From assembly GCA_964529965.1 (NCBI GenBank), contig CAZHAD010000006.1, positions 615 to 47,244 of the forward strand: a stretch of 46,630 nt of DNA. The letters are read 5' to 3'. The notes below the pieces were generated by a model that saw only the letters and a list, made by a program, of their open reading frames with translations, was not told the origin of the DNA and did not search any database. The position numbers and the translations under genes are program-made. Source of the DNA: an uncultured Leptospirales bacterium. Its GTDB lineage: Bacteria; Spirochaetota; UBA4802; UBA5550. Of the stretch, positions 36,123 to 44,644 are shown in pieces (the first letter of the stretch is position 1; every line of letters begins with the position of its first letter).

Positions 36123-36698
36123 ATGAATGCTGATCCCCCCTTTCTGCGTCTTTTCTTTGCGCTTCCCGCAGACGGCGTACAGGAGCCATTGAAAGATGTA
36201 TACCGGAACATGAAAAAGTTCGATCTTCAATTAAAAACCGTATCTCCTGACAATTTACATATAACGCTAAAATTCCTCGGCAATACCCGATATGATATTT
36301 ACGAAAAGCTGCGTGACGATTTTATAAAAATCTCATTTGACGTACCTCCTCTTATATTCAAATTGAACGGCCTCGGGGGCTTTCCGAATGTGAGAAGGGT
36401 GCGGGTTATCTGGTGCGGCCTCATGGGAGATGTAACCGGCGTAGATTCAATCCACCGTGGTATTGAGGATCTGGCGGAAAAGCACGGCTTTAAAAAAGAG
36501 ACCAGGGGATTTACACCCCACATTACCCTCGCACGCGTGCGTAATGACCAACGATCTCCTGCGGAGCTTATGCAATACTTGGAAGCCAACAGGGACACAT
36601 TATACGGCGAGGTGCAGTTCAGCCGCTTAGTGCTTTTCAGATCCGAACTCAGGAAAGGCGGACCTGTATATACAGCGATGGCGGAAAAACGATTATGA
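36123..36698 (+). CDS. thpR: RNA 2',3'-cyclic phosphodiesterase (2H family)
   Basis: RLFFAL, NLHITLKFLG, GGFP...RVIW, FTPHITLARV, LFRSEL...GPVY. Confidence 0.93.
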   Translation: MNADPPFLRLFFALPADGVQEPLKDVYRNMKKFDLQLKTVSPDNLHITLKFLGNTRYDIYEKLRDDFIKISFDVPPLIFKLNGLGGFPNVRRVRVIWCGLMGDVTGVDSIHRGIEDLAEKHGFKKETRGFTPHITLARVRNDQRSPAELMQYLEANRDTLYGEVQFSRLVLFRSELRKGGPVYTAMAEKRL

Positions 36699-36741
36699 TT
36701 TTCCTGATATCGTAAAACCTTCACCGCGATATCTTGACGAT

Positions 36742-36813
36742 TACCCCCGGGGCGAATCGAACGCCCGCACATGGCTCCGGAGGCCACTGCTCTATCCACT
36801 GAGCTACGGGGGC
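36742..36813 (-). tRNA. tRNA-Arg(CCG), CCA not encoded
   Basis: GCCCCCGTAGCTCAGTGGATAGAGCAGTGGCCTCCGGAGCCATGTGCGGGCGTTCGATTCGCCCCGGGGGTA forms a cloverleaf; anticodon loop CT-CCG-GA; T-loop TTCGATT. Confidence 0.96.
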
Positions 36814-36996
36814 GCAATTCAATTCCGTGAAAATTATTGATATTAATCACGGGCTTTTGAACAGCTATCTGAATGATACAAAAATAACGAATGAACCGTT
36901 GTCAATGAATTTATTATCACAATTTATACTTGACCAATTGTAATAAAATGCATAACAAAGCAAAAACATCAGGGGTACCAAAAAAATCATTGAATT

Positions 36997-37749
36997 ATGT
37001 TTATACTGATTGATAAACCGAAACAAGTAGCGCATCACCATTTTCTATTGAAAATAAAAACCGAAACAGAGCGCTCAACACCGGGACAATTTATCAACAT
37101 ACGAATTTCAAATCAAAATGATCCACTTCTGAGAAGGCCGTTTTCAATCTTCGACCATGAAGGCACCAAAATGAGCATCGTCGTTAAGACGGTGGGAAGG
37201 GGAACCGAGCTCCTATCTCATTTCCAACCCGAAAAAATGGATGTCATTGGCCCCCTTGGAATTGGGTTCACCCTCATGGCGGACCGCAGAGTACTTATTG
37301 CCGGCGGAGGAGTGGGGAATGCTCCCCTGTATTATCTCGCAAAAAAATTAGCGGAATTACAATGTGATATCACCCATATTTATGGCGCCAGATCCGGTAA
37401 TTCGGTGTATCTTCAAAAAGATTTTAAAAAGCATGCACATAAATTCATACTAATAACGAACGACGGATCGGCAGGAAAAAAGGGCTTAGCAACGGACATA
37501 GCAAAAGAAATCATTGATGAAAGCCATTTTGATATGATATACACCTGCGGTCCTTCTTCCATGATGAAAGGGATTGTCGAGGCCGCGCAAAAAACCCCGG
37601 TTGAGGTCTCTTTGGAAAACTATTTCGGCTGTGGAATCGGATTGTGCTCGGGCTGTACTATCGAAACCAGTGACGGCCTAAAAAGGGCATGCGTTGAAGG
37701 ACCGGTTTTTAACGGAAGAATCATCGAGTGGGACACTATGCCGGATTAA
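36997..37749 (+). CDS. pyrK: Dihydroorotate dehydrogenase electron transfer subunit
   Basis: PGQFINI, PLLRRPFSI, VGRGT, GPLG.GF, AGGVGNAP, CGP, CGIGLCSGC...C.EGPVF (2Fe-2S). Confidence 0.88.
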   Translation: MFILIDKPKQVAHHHFLLKIKTETERSTPGQFINIRISNQNDPLLRRPFSIFDHEGTKMSIVVKTVGRGTELLSHFQPEKMDVIGPLGIGFTLMADRRVLIAGGGVGNAPLYYLAKKLAELQCDITHIYGARSGNSVYLQKDFKKHAHKFILITNDGSAGKKGLATDIAKEIIDESHFDMIYTCGPSSMMKGIVEAAQKTPVEVSLENYFGCGIGLCSGCTIETSDGLKRACVEGPVFNGRIIEWDTMPD

Positions 37750-37769
37750 CAGCGAATCATATCATGTAA

Positions 37770-38333
37770 TTATTTAAACAGAGGCGCCAGCTTTTTGAAA
37801 TCATCCGTGCCTGCTTTCTCGAGCAGCATAAATGAAATGGTCTCGGTCGGATACACCACCGCCCCCGCACCGGCAAGCGCCCTCAAAGAATACTCCCAAT
37901 CATGCCTCCGCCTCGAGGTCACCGCATCACTGGCCACAACAACATTATATCCCATGGAAAGCAGACTCATGCAGGTCTGGAGCACGCACACGTGCGCCTC
38001 TATGCCCGCAACGACGAAAGTCTTCCTTTTGACGCTCTTTATTCTATTCCCAATTGCCTCGTCCCTAGTGCAGTCAAAGTGAAGCTTTTCCAAAACATCC
38101 ACGTCCGCCAGCTTGTCCCGAACAGGGAGGACAATCTCCCCAAGCCCCTTCCTGTACTGCGCCGAGGCGACAACAGGCATGCGGAAAAGGCGCGCGGTTT
38201 CGATGAGTATGCCGGTGTTTCTGACGACCTGTTCCATGAGCGTCTGATCCATGGCAGCCGCAAGCCGCTCCTGGATATCGATTACTAATAAAGCCGTGTC
38301 CTCGCGTTTCAGAAAAAATTTATTAATATCCAT
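37770..38333 (-). CDS. Isochorismatase-family cysteine hydrolase
   Basis: ALLVIDIQERL, QYRKGLG, GIEAHVCVLQT, DAVTSR. Confidence 0.9.
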   Translation of the reverse strand: MDINKFFLKREDTALLVIDIQERLAAAMDQTLMEQVVRNTGILIETARLFRMPVVASAQYRKGLGEIVLPVRDKLADVDVLEKLHFDCTRDEAIGNRIKSVKRKTFVVAGIEAHVCVLQTCMSLLSMGYNVVVASDAVTSRRRHDWEYSLRALAGAGAVVYPTETISFMLLEKAGTDDFKKLAPLFK

Positions 38334-38356
38334 GAGTCATTCCCCTTTTTAAAATT

Positions 38357-38971
38357 TTATTGATACTGTATATCAATTGAGACCAGCATGTCAAAGTCAG
38401 CCCTAATAATCCCAGAAATCTCCTCCACACCCAAACGCCCGTCTATGATCAGAAATTTTTTGTCAGCCAGCGAGCGGAATATCTCCCTTACCCTCTTTAA
38501 AAATGTTTCCCTTTCAAAAATATCCTTCGCCCCGTCTCTTTGCGTTATGCGTTGAAGAGCGATATCGGGGGGGATGTCGATATAGTAGACCCGATCCGGT
38601 TCAGGCACATTCATATCGCGGTTTTCCCGGATGATCCTGTCGGGCGGCAACCCCAGAGCGCCCTGATATGCGGCGTTTGAATAATAGTACCGGTCCATAA
38701 TAACGATCCTTTTTTCATTCATTGCGGGAAGGATATTTCTCTCAACATCGTCCTTCCGATCCATAAGGAAAAGCCGGTGCTGCTCAATGGCGGGAATCAT
38801 TGTATCTTTCCGAAGCATCTCCCTGATCTTCCTGCCCCACTCTCCTCCGGTAGGCTCAGTAAGACGCACGGCAGGAAGCCCCATGGACGCTGCATGCCGG
38901 AAGAGAAGTTCGCTCTGAAGGGATTTGCCCGAGCCGTCGATACCTTCGAACACGAGAAAAAGAGGACTCAT
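38357..38971 (-). CDS. tmk: Thymidylate (dTMP) kinase
   Basis: Start moved to ATG 38971 (TGATG overlap with sua5); FEGIDGSGKS, TEP, MDRYYYSNAAYQG, PEPD. Confidence 0.93.
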   Translation of the reverse strand: MSPLFLVFEGIDGSGKSLQSELLFRHAASMGLPAVRLTEPTGGEWGRKIREMLRKDTMIPAIEQHRLFLMDRKDDVERNILPAMNEKRIVIMDRYYYSNAAYQGALGLPPDRIIRENRDMNVPEPDRVYYIDIPPDIALQRITQRDGAKDIFERETFLKRVREIFRSLADKKFLIIDGRLGVEEISGIIRADFDMLVSIDIQYQ

Positions 38972-39981
38972 CACGGTCTCTCCCCTGTTTCCCGACCGCT
39001 CTCCTCCACTGTTTCCTCGCTTCTGCGCGCCGCTCTCCTGAGACGGTCCATAATCGCGACACCCAGACCCCTCTCCGGCACCGGCTCCGCAATAATGAGG
39101 CGTATGTCCATTCGGTCGAGCAGATGCAGGCATGAGAACAGGCTCGCGGCCGCTTCATTAAGATCACCACGTTCAGACAGGAAGAGCGTACGATCGGCTG
39201 GCGTGTCGAATCCCGGCTTCCGGTAAAGGAGAAATCCCGCGTCTGCGCGCAAAAAATCAATCCGACTGATATCGACGGCGATCTCCACCGGTACCCGGGG
39301 AGAATAATGATGCGGCATTTGCCCCGGAGCCGAAGGGTGCTCCCGGGCGCTTTGCTCCATCTCCACGGGACCGATCAGGGCCTCGATCTCCTCCGCCGGT
39401 ATGCCGCCCGGCCGCAGTATTACGTTCCTCCCTTCCGCCAGCCCGATAATCGTCGATTCGATGCCGACCGCGCAATCACCTCCGTCGATGATCATGTCAA
39501 CCCTCTCTCCGAGCTGATCGAGCACGTGCACCGCCCGCGTCGGGCTCAGGTACCCGAAGCGGTTCGCGCTGGGCGCGGCGATCGGGGTGCCGGATCTCCT
39601 GATCAGATCGAGGGCGATCAGGTGATCCGGCATGCGCACCGCCACGGTGTCAAGTCCCGCGGTCACGATTCCCGGCACCGCCTCATGCTTCGGAAGCACC
39701 AGGGTGAGCGGCCCGGGCCAGAACCTGCCCGCCAGCCTCCCGGCGCGCTTGTCGACGACCGATGCGAGCATGCCCATCTGCGAAAGATCCGCGATGTGGA
39801 CGATGAGCGGGTCGAACAGGGGCCTCCCCTTTGCCTCGAAGATCCGCGCCACAGCCATAGGGTTGAAGGCACTCGCGCCGAGACCATACACGGTTTCAGT
39901 GGGAAAGGCGACGATGCCTCCGGACCTGATGGTCGCCGCCGCCCTCCTCATCACCTTTCTGGAGGGATGGGATATTTTCAT
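38971..39981 (-). CDS. sua5: L-threonylcarbamoyladenylate synthase (Sua5/TsaC2)
   Basis: VAFPTETVYGLG, KGRP..DPLIVH, FWPGPLT, AAPSANRFG, GIESTI, APGQMPHHYSP, AIMDRLRRAA. Confidence 0.95.
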   Translation of the reverse strand: MKISHPSRKVMRRAAATIRSGGIVAFPTETVYGLGASAFNPMAVARIFEAKGRPLFDPLIVHIADLSQMGMLASVVDKRAGRLAGRFWPGPLTLVLPKHEAVPGIVTAGLDTVAVRMPDHLIALDLIRRSGTPIAAPSANRFGYLSPTRAVHVLDQLGERVDMIIDGGDCAVGIESTIIGLAEGRNVILRPGGIPAEEIEALIGPVEMEQSAREHPSAPGQMPHHYSPRVPVEIAVDISRIDFLRADAGFLLYRKPGFDTPADRTLFLSERGDLNEAAASLFSCLHLLDRMDIRLIIAEPVPERGLGVAIMDRLRRAARRSEETVEESGRETGERP

Positions 39982-40130
39982 CTGGCCCTTGGTTCTCTTA
40001 TGAATGAATGGGAAGTTCAAATCCGTTCCGCAATAACAATGATCATTAATATCACATTATGAAGCTTATATATATAGAAAAAATTCAAGAAAAATACAAT
40101 GAATATGCGTCAGAGCAGGTCAAAATTATT

Positions 40131-40246
40131 TATGGGCACCTCTAAAAACTGTTTTTTTCATTATTTCAAATAAAGAAAAAAAGCAGTTTTATCCATGATT
40201 GCGCCCAAAAGGAAACATCCATAAAAGGTTTTTAGAAGTTTCCTTA
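40131..40246. mobile_element. Putative MITE / internally deleted IS remnant
   Basis: Imperfect terminal IRs GGGCACCTCTAAAAAC (40134-40149) and GTTTTTAGAAGTTTCC (40228-40243), 13/16 match; TA on each side; internal AT-rich hairpin; no ORF. Confidence 0.55.
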
Positions 40247-40298
40247 TTTTTATCGCAGTAATATTGATAGGAGAATTTTGAGGCAGATATGACGTTGG

Positions 40299-41909
40299 TT
40301 ACTTCAAATTCCCGATTTTTTCAATTATAGTGGCTTCGTACGGGCGAACCGCGAAATGGAGGTCTATGAAGTGCTCGTTTGCTCCCCGATGCGTTGACAC
40401 CACCGTTTTCCATTGCCCCCGGTTACCCGCATTCAGGAACTGCTTTGTATCGGTAAAGTTCAGAATGACGCAACATTTACCGCCTTCATATTCCCTCAAA
40501 TAGGCGAGTATTCCGTTGAGCCCTTTGGAAACAGGCTTCCATGATCCGTACATCAGGGACGGATGCTTCTTTCTGGCCTCGATGAGGTTTTTATAAAAAT
40601 GAAGCAAAGAGTATCGATCGTCTTCCTGCTTTTTTACATTCACGCTTTTATAATCCATGTTGACCGGAAGCCAAGCGTCCCCGGATGAGAACCCCGCGTT
40701 CGGGCCGTCCGTCCACTGCATGGGAGTTCTGGCGCAATCGCGGCCCAGATATAACGGCCAGAACCTCCTGCCTGCCGGATCCGCGATCTTGTCCCTCGGA
40801 ATCCTCCAATTCTTCATGCCGATCTCCTCTCCATAGTAAATGAACGGGGTCCCTCTCAGGGTAAGGAGGAGCATCGCGGCGACCCTGGCGCGCTTTTCAG
40901 AGTCGGAATCGTTTTTATACCGGTTAATGCTTCTCGGCTGATCATGGTTCGAAAGGACGTGGCAGGGCCACCCGGCCTCCGGGATGCCGGCATACCACCG
41001 CTTGATGCAGCGGTAGAATCCGCGGGCGTTCCATTTGTGATACAGAAGCGAAAAATCGAACGCAAGATGCAGCTCGTCATTCCCGTTGCCGAGAAAGCTC
41101 GCCGAAATCTCCGGGTCCCCGGGGGGATAGCTGAATACCTCCCCCACCAGCATCGTGCCGCCGTACTCGTCGGTGAGCGTGCGGAGCTCGCGCATGATGT
41201 CATGGGTTTCAGGCCTGTTGCGGCTGTATTTCGCCGCCTGGTTGTCGAAGGGATTCAATGAAAAGGGGTTGCTGCGGAACCGCGCGTCCTTGACGAACCA
41301 GTTCACCACGTCAAGTCGGAAGCCGTCCACTCCGAAATCGAGCCAAAAGCGGATTTCATCGAACATAGCCTTCTTCAATTCTTCATTACGCCAGTTGACG
41401 TCGGGCTGCTCTCTAAGAAAAGAATGAAGGTAATACTGGCCGGTCCCGCCATGCCATTCCCATGCGCTGCCCCAGAAGGCGGATCGCCAGTTGTTGGGGG
41501 GCCTCCCCCTGAGGTCGTCATGCCAGATATACCAGTCTCTTTTCGCATTGTCACGCGACGAGCTCGATTCCATGAACCAGGGATGCAGGTATGAGGTATG
41601 GTTAAGCGGCATGTCCATGATGATTCGTATGTTGCGCTTGTGCGCCTCCCTGACGAGAGCGGCAAAATCATCGTGGGTGCCGAAAACACGGTCGATGCTG
41701 CGGTAATCACACACGTCGTAGCCGAAATCATGCATGGGCGACGCGTTGATCGGCGAGAGCCAGACAGCGTCCACGCCGAGATCGGAAAGATATTCGATTT
41801 TTTGAATGACGCCCTGAATGTCTCCGATGCCGTCCCCGCTGGCATCATAAAAGCTCCGGGGGTATATCTGGTACACTACCCCGTGTTTCCACCACGTCCA
41901 ATCTTCCAT
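40299..41909 (-). CDS. GH13 alpha-glucosidase / oligo-1,6-glucosidase
   Basis: WWKHGVVYQIYPRSF.D..GDGIGD, DFGYDV, NHTS, PPNNW, QPDVNW, DGFRLDV, VGE, SNHD, YYGEEIGM, RDCARTPMQW. Confidence 0.95.
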   Translation of the reverse strand: MEDWTWWKHGVVYQIYPRSFYDASGDGIGDIQGVIQKIEYLSDLGVDAVWLSPINASPMHDFGYDVCDYRSIDRVFGTHDDFAALVREAHKRNIRIIMDMPLNHTSYLHPWFMESSSSRDNAKRDWYIWHDDLRGRPPNNWRSAFWGSAWEWHGGTGQYYLHSFLREQPDVNWRNEELKKAMFDEIRFWLDFGVDGFRLDVVNWFVKDARFRSNPFSLNPFDNQAAKYSRNRPETHDIMRELRTLTDEYGGTMLVGEVFSYPPGDPEISASFLGNGNDELHLAFDFSLLYHKWNARGFYRCIKRWYAGIPEAGWPCHVLSNHDQPRSINRYKNDSDSEKRARVAAMLLLTLRGTPFIYYGEEIGMKNWRIPRDKIADPAGRRFWPLYLGRDCARTPMQWTDGPNAGFSSGDAWLPVNMDYKSVNVKKQEDDRYSLLHFYKNLIEARKKHPSLMYGSWKPVSKGLNGILAYLREYEGGKCCVILNFTDTKQFLNAGNRGQWKTVVSTHRGANEHFIDLHFAVRPYEATIIEKIGNLK

Positions 41910-41925
41910 TATGCCTGCGGCGCTC

Positions 41926-44592
41926 TTACGCCGCGGTGTTTAAATCTTTCATGAACCGCGTGATAATGGTGTCCGGATCGTATTCACCGGCCCGTTTGAG
42001 CGATTCCTTTCTGAACGACTCCCTCAAGTCGATGTTTTTGAGATACTCAATGATCTTTGCAGCCATCTCAGACCTGGTTTTCACCAGATAGCCGTTAAGT
42101 CCGCTGACGATGATGTCTTTGGGGCCCTTGGTGTTGTAGGCTATGACGGGGAGGCCGCAGGAAAGCGCCTCAAGCACCACGCAGCCGAAGGTATCGAAAC
42201 GCGAGGGGAGAACCAGCATGTCGGCTGCAGAATAGATGTCGGGGAGCATGTCCTGGTCAACCCACCCAAGATAGGTCGCGTCCGGCAGCGCTTCTTTGAG
42301 GTCCTTCTCCCTGGGCCCTGATCCGGCGAAAGCCATGTGCACATCCGGATACGCAGCGCGGACTTTTTCAAAAATGGACGGAATCTCCATCACCCCCTTT
42401 TCATCGGAGAGCCTTCCGGCGAACAGGAGCACGGGCCTGCCGTTTTCAACGTTAAAAATGCTTTTCTTGTCGGACGATCTGGGGCTGAAACCCTTATCCG
42501 CCCAATGCGCGGTGAGGAATACCCGCGAGGGATCGAACCCCATGTCCCTGCCGATGAGCCATTTCCACTGCTCCTTGTTGAGCACGAAAAGGCCGTCAAA
42601 CCCTTTGTAAAAAGCCCGGAGCATGCGTCTCAGCCTGCTCATGTTCTTTTCATCCAGGCGCAGCGTTTTCTCCGCGAACGTCATCCAGTCGGTATGCACG
42701 TAGAAATAAGCGGGCACGGAATATGCGTACTTCAGATACAGGGCGGCAAACCCCATGGGGCCCTCGGTCGAGCAGATTATTCTGCTGTACTCGCCTTCCT
42801 TGAAAAGCTTGTGGATCTCGAGGATATTGGGGATCCGCACCGGCTGCTGCTCATAAAATGAAAGCCTGAATTCAGATAATGGTTTCAGGACGATCAGATG
42901 ATCCCCGGATTCAAGATTGTTGCTTGCAATAAGCATGTCTATGGGCAGGTCCCTCCTCCTGATCTCCTCCAGCATTGATTTGAGGACCATGGCCACTCCG
43001 TTGGAGTCCTCAAGGGTGTCCGTAAGCCAGAGCGTCCTTTCCGGATGGCGCAAGGTGCCGTGAATCTCGGCAAATTCATATAGGAGGGGGCGCGTCTTAT
43101 ACATCACCCGCGCGCTGGTGTAGAAAGCTGCCAGTATGACGGCCAAGGCAAGGAAGGGAAAAGAGAGACCGTCGAGCAGCTCCGGCAGATTAAGCGATTC
43201 CTCATGCATGTTTATCACCGAGGCATCGTCGTCGAACAGCGAGCGGATATGCGCGGGAATCTCTATCCTGTTGATTATATCTTCCACCCCGATCGACAGG
43301 ACATCCGATTCGCGGTCCAGCTTTTCGATTTTTTTCTCAATCCGATTAATCAACGTCAGGTTGAGATTTTCATATATTTCGCATATCGACGAGTCGAATG
43401 CACCGAGGGATCGTTCCGGTTCGTCCCGGCGGATCACCGCCATACTTTGGGCAAGCCTGAAGACTTCCTTGTATGCCTTCGGCACAAAGAGGCGCTTGGT
43501 TCTTGGCGGAACTTTGCCGCTGAAACTGTCATGGAATATCTTTAAAAAATTGAGCGTGGTCTTGTGCCGTTTCAGCTCACTGAATCCGTTTGCGATCATA
43601 AAGGCGATGAGCTTGTCCCTGGTCTCGCCTTTGTGGAGGAGAATCCTCATCATACCGGGATCGCGCATGTTGATGCCGACCTGGCAGAAATAATCGAGAA
43701 AGGCGACAGCCATCTTCTCGCTGTCATTATGCGAGCCGAACGGTGCCATGAGGCCCTTTCGTATCGCGTCAAGGGCGAGCTCTGATGTCTTCTTCCCGGT
43801 GATCGCTTTCAGACCCGGTACATGGAGCCTGGTCCCGGTCAATCCGGTAAAGATGCCCATGTGGTCGTCCGAGCCCCCGGACATCGCCTTCAGGTACGGG
43901 TTGCGGCAGTAGCGGCCGGAGGGAATCTTAAATTTCCTTGAAAATAATTCTATCTTTTCTTTATTCAGCGACTCGAGCCATGTTTTCACCAGCATGTTCT
44001 GCCAGGTGTCGCGCTGGCCGTTTATCACCTCGAAACGCTCGAACAGAAGGGCCATTTTATTGAAAAAATCGACGGGCGGAAGACTGTTCAACTTGTATTG
44101 ATACAAGGGATGCGCCCAGACGGTGGGGATGTCGTGCTCGGCCGCGTATTCCTGGAATTTGTACACGTCGCTCCTGAGCCTGGCGAGCCACTTTTCCTGG
44201 TCCTGCGTGAACCCGTACGCCAGCACATGTATGCCGATCTTGTAATCAGGCACCATGCAACTCCATTCCGCCCCGGGCAGGATGTCGTAACCCCTGTCGA
44301 TGTACTCCCAACATGACCGCGCATTGTTATGGTTGGTGATCGTGAAGGCGTCGGAGCCGTGCTCCCTGAGCACGCTTAGGAGCCTCTCGGTCGAAAGCCA
44401 TGTCTCGGGAAGACCCAGTATCCTGCCGAGCAGCTCGTCAGGAACGCTGCTGTGGTGATCGTGGCAATGGAGATCGATGGTCAATGTTTCATCTTGAGGA
44501 AACCGGCGCGATTCGCGCAGCATGAACTCATTGAGCATGCCTTCGACCTGCCGGTTAAAAGATTTTTCATGGTTCATATATTTTTTGTTCAT
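41926..44592 (-). CDS. PHP-phosphoesterase domain fused to GT4 glycosyltransferase
   Basis: PHP: IDLHCHD, TITNHN, GAE, HVLAY, WAHP, FEVING, GGSDDH. GT4: TDTLEDSNGVA, GRLSDEKG, PSRFDTFGCVVLEALSCGLPV. Start at ATG 44592 or 44577. Confidence 0.88.
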   Translation of the reverse strand: MNKKYMNHEKSFNRQVEGMLNEFMLRESRRFPQDETLTIDLHCHDHHSSVPDELLGRILGLPETWLSTERLLSVLREHGSDAFTITNHNNARSCWEYIDRGYDILPGAEWSCMVPDYKIGIHVLAYGFTQDQEKWLARLRSDVYKFQEYAAEHDIPTVWAHPLYQYKLNSLPPVDFFNKMALLFERFEVINGQRDTWQNMLVKTWLESLNKEKIELFSRKFKIPSGRYCRNPYLKAMSGGSDDHMGIFTGLTGTRLHVPGLKAITGKKTSELALDAIRKGLMAPFGSHNDSEKMAVAFLDYFCQVGINMRDPGMMRILLHKGETRDKLIAFMIANGFSELKRHKTTLNFLKIFHDSFSGKVPPRTKRLFVPKAYKEVFRLAQSMAVIRRDEPERSLGAFDSSICEIYENLNLTLINRIEKKIEKLDRESDVLSIGVEDIINRIEIPAHIRSLFDDDASVINMHEESLNLPELLDGLSFPFLALAVILAAFYTSARVMYKTRPLLYEFAEIHGTLRHPERTLWLTDTLEDSNGVAMVLKSMLEEIRRRDLPIDMLIASNNLESGDHLIVLKPLSEFRLSFYEQQPVRIPNILEIHKLFKEGEYSRIICSTEGPMGFAALYLKYAYSVPAYFYVHTDWMTFAEKTLRLDEKNMSRLRRMLRAFYKGFDGLFVLNKEQWKWLIGRDMGFDPSRVFLTAHWADKGFSPRSSDKKSIFNVENGRPVLLFAGRLSDEKGVMEIPSIFEKVRAAYPDVHMAFAGSGPREKDLKEALPDATYLGWVDQDMLPDIYSAADMLVLPSRFDTFGCVVLEALSCGLPVIAYNTKGPKDIIVSGLNGYLVKTRSEMAAKIIEYLKNIDLRESFRKESLKRAGEYDPDTIITRFMKDLNTAA

Positions 44593-44644
44593 ACTCCTTA
44601 TTTCACTTCCTGTATCAAAAAGGTAGAATAGAACCGTAAAACAA

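Noticed and set aside
36699-36996. tRNA-Arg as an integration site for an island
   Set aside because: No integrase, and I noticed no duplicated tRNA 3' end; flanking genes are housekeeping.
40228-40243. GTTTTTAGAAG resembling a type II CRISPR repeat start
   Set aside because: Only one copy plus its inverted partner; no repeat-spacer periodicity or cas genes in the window.
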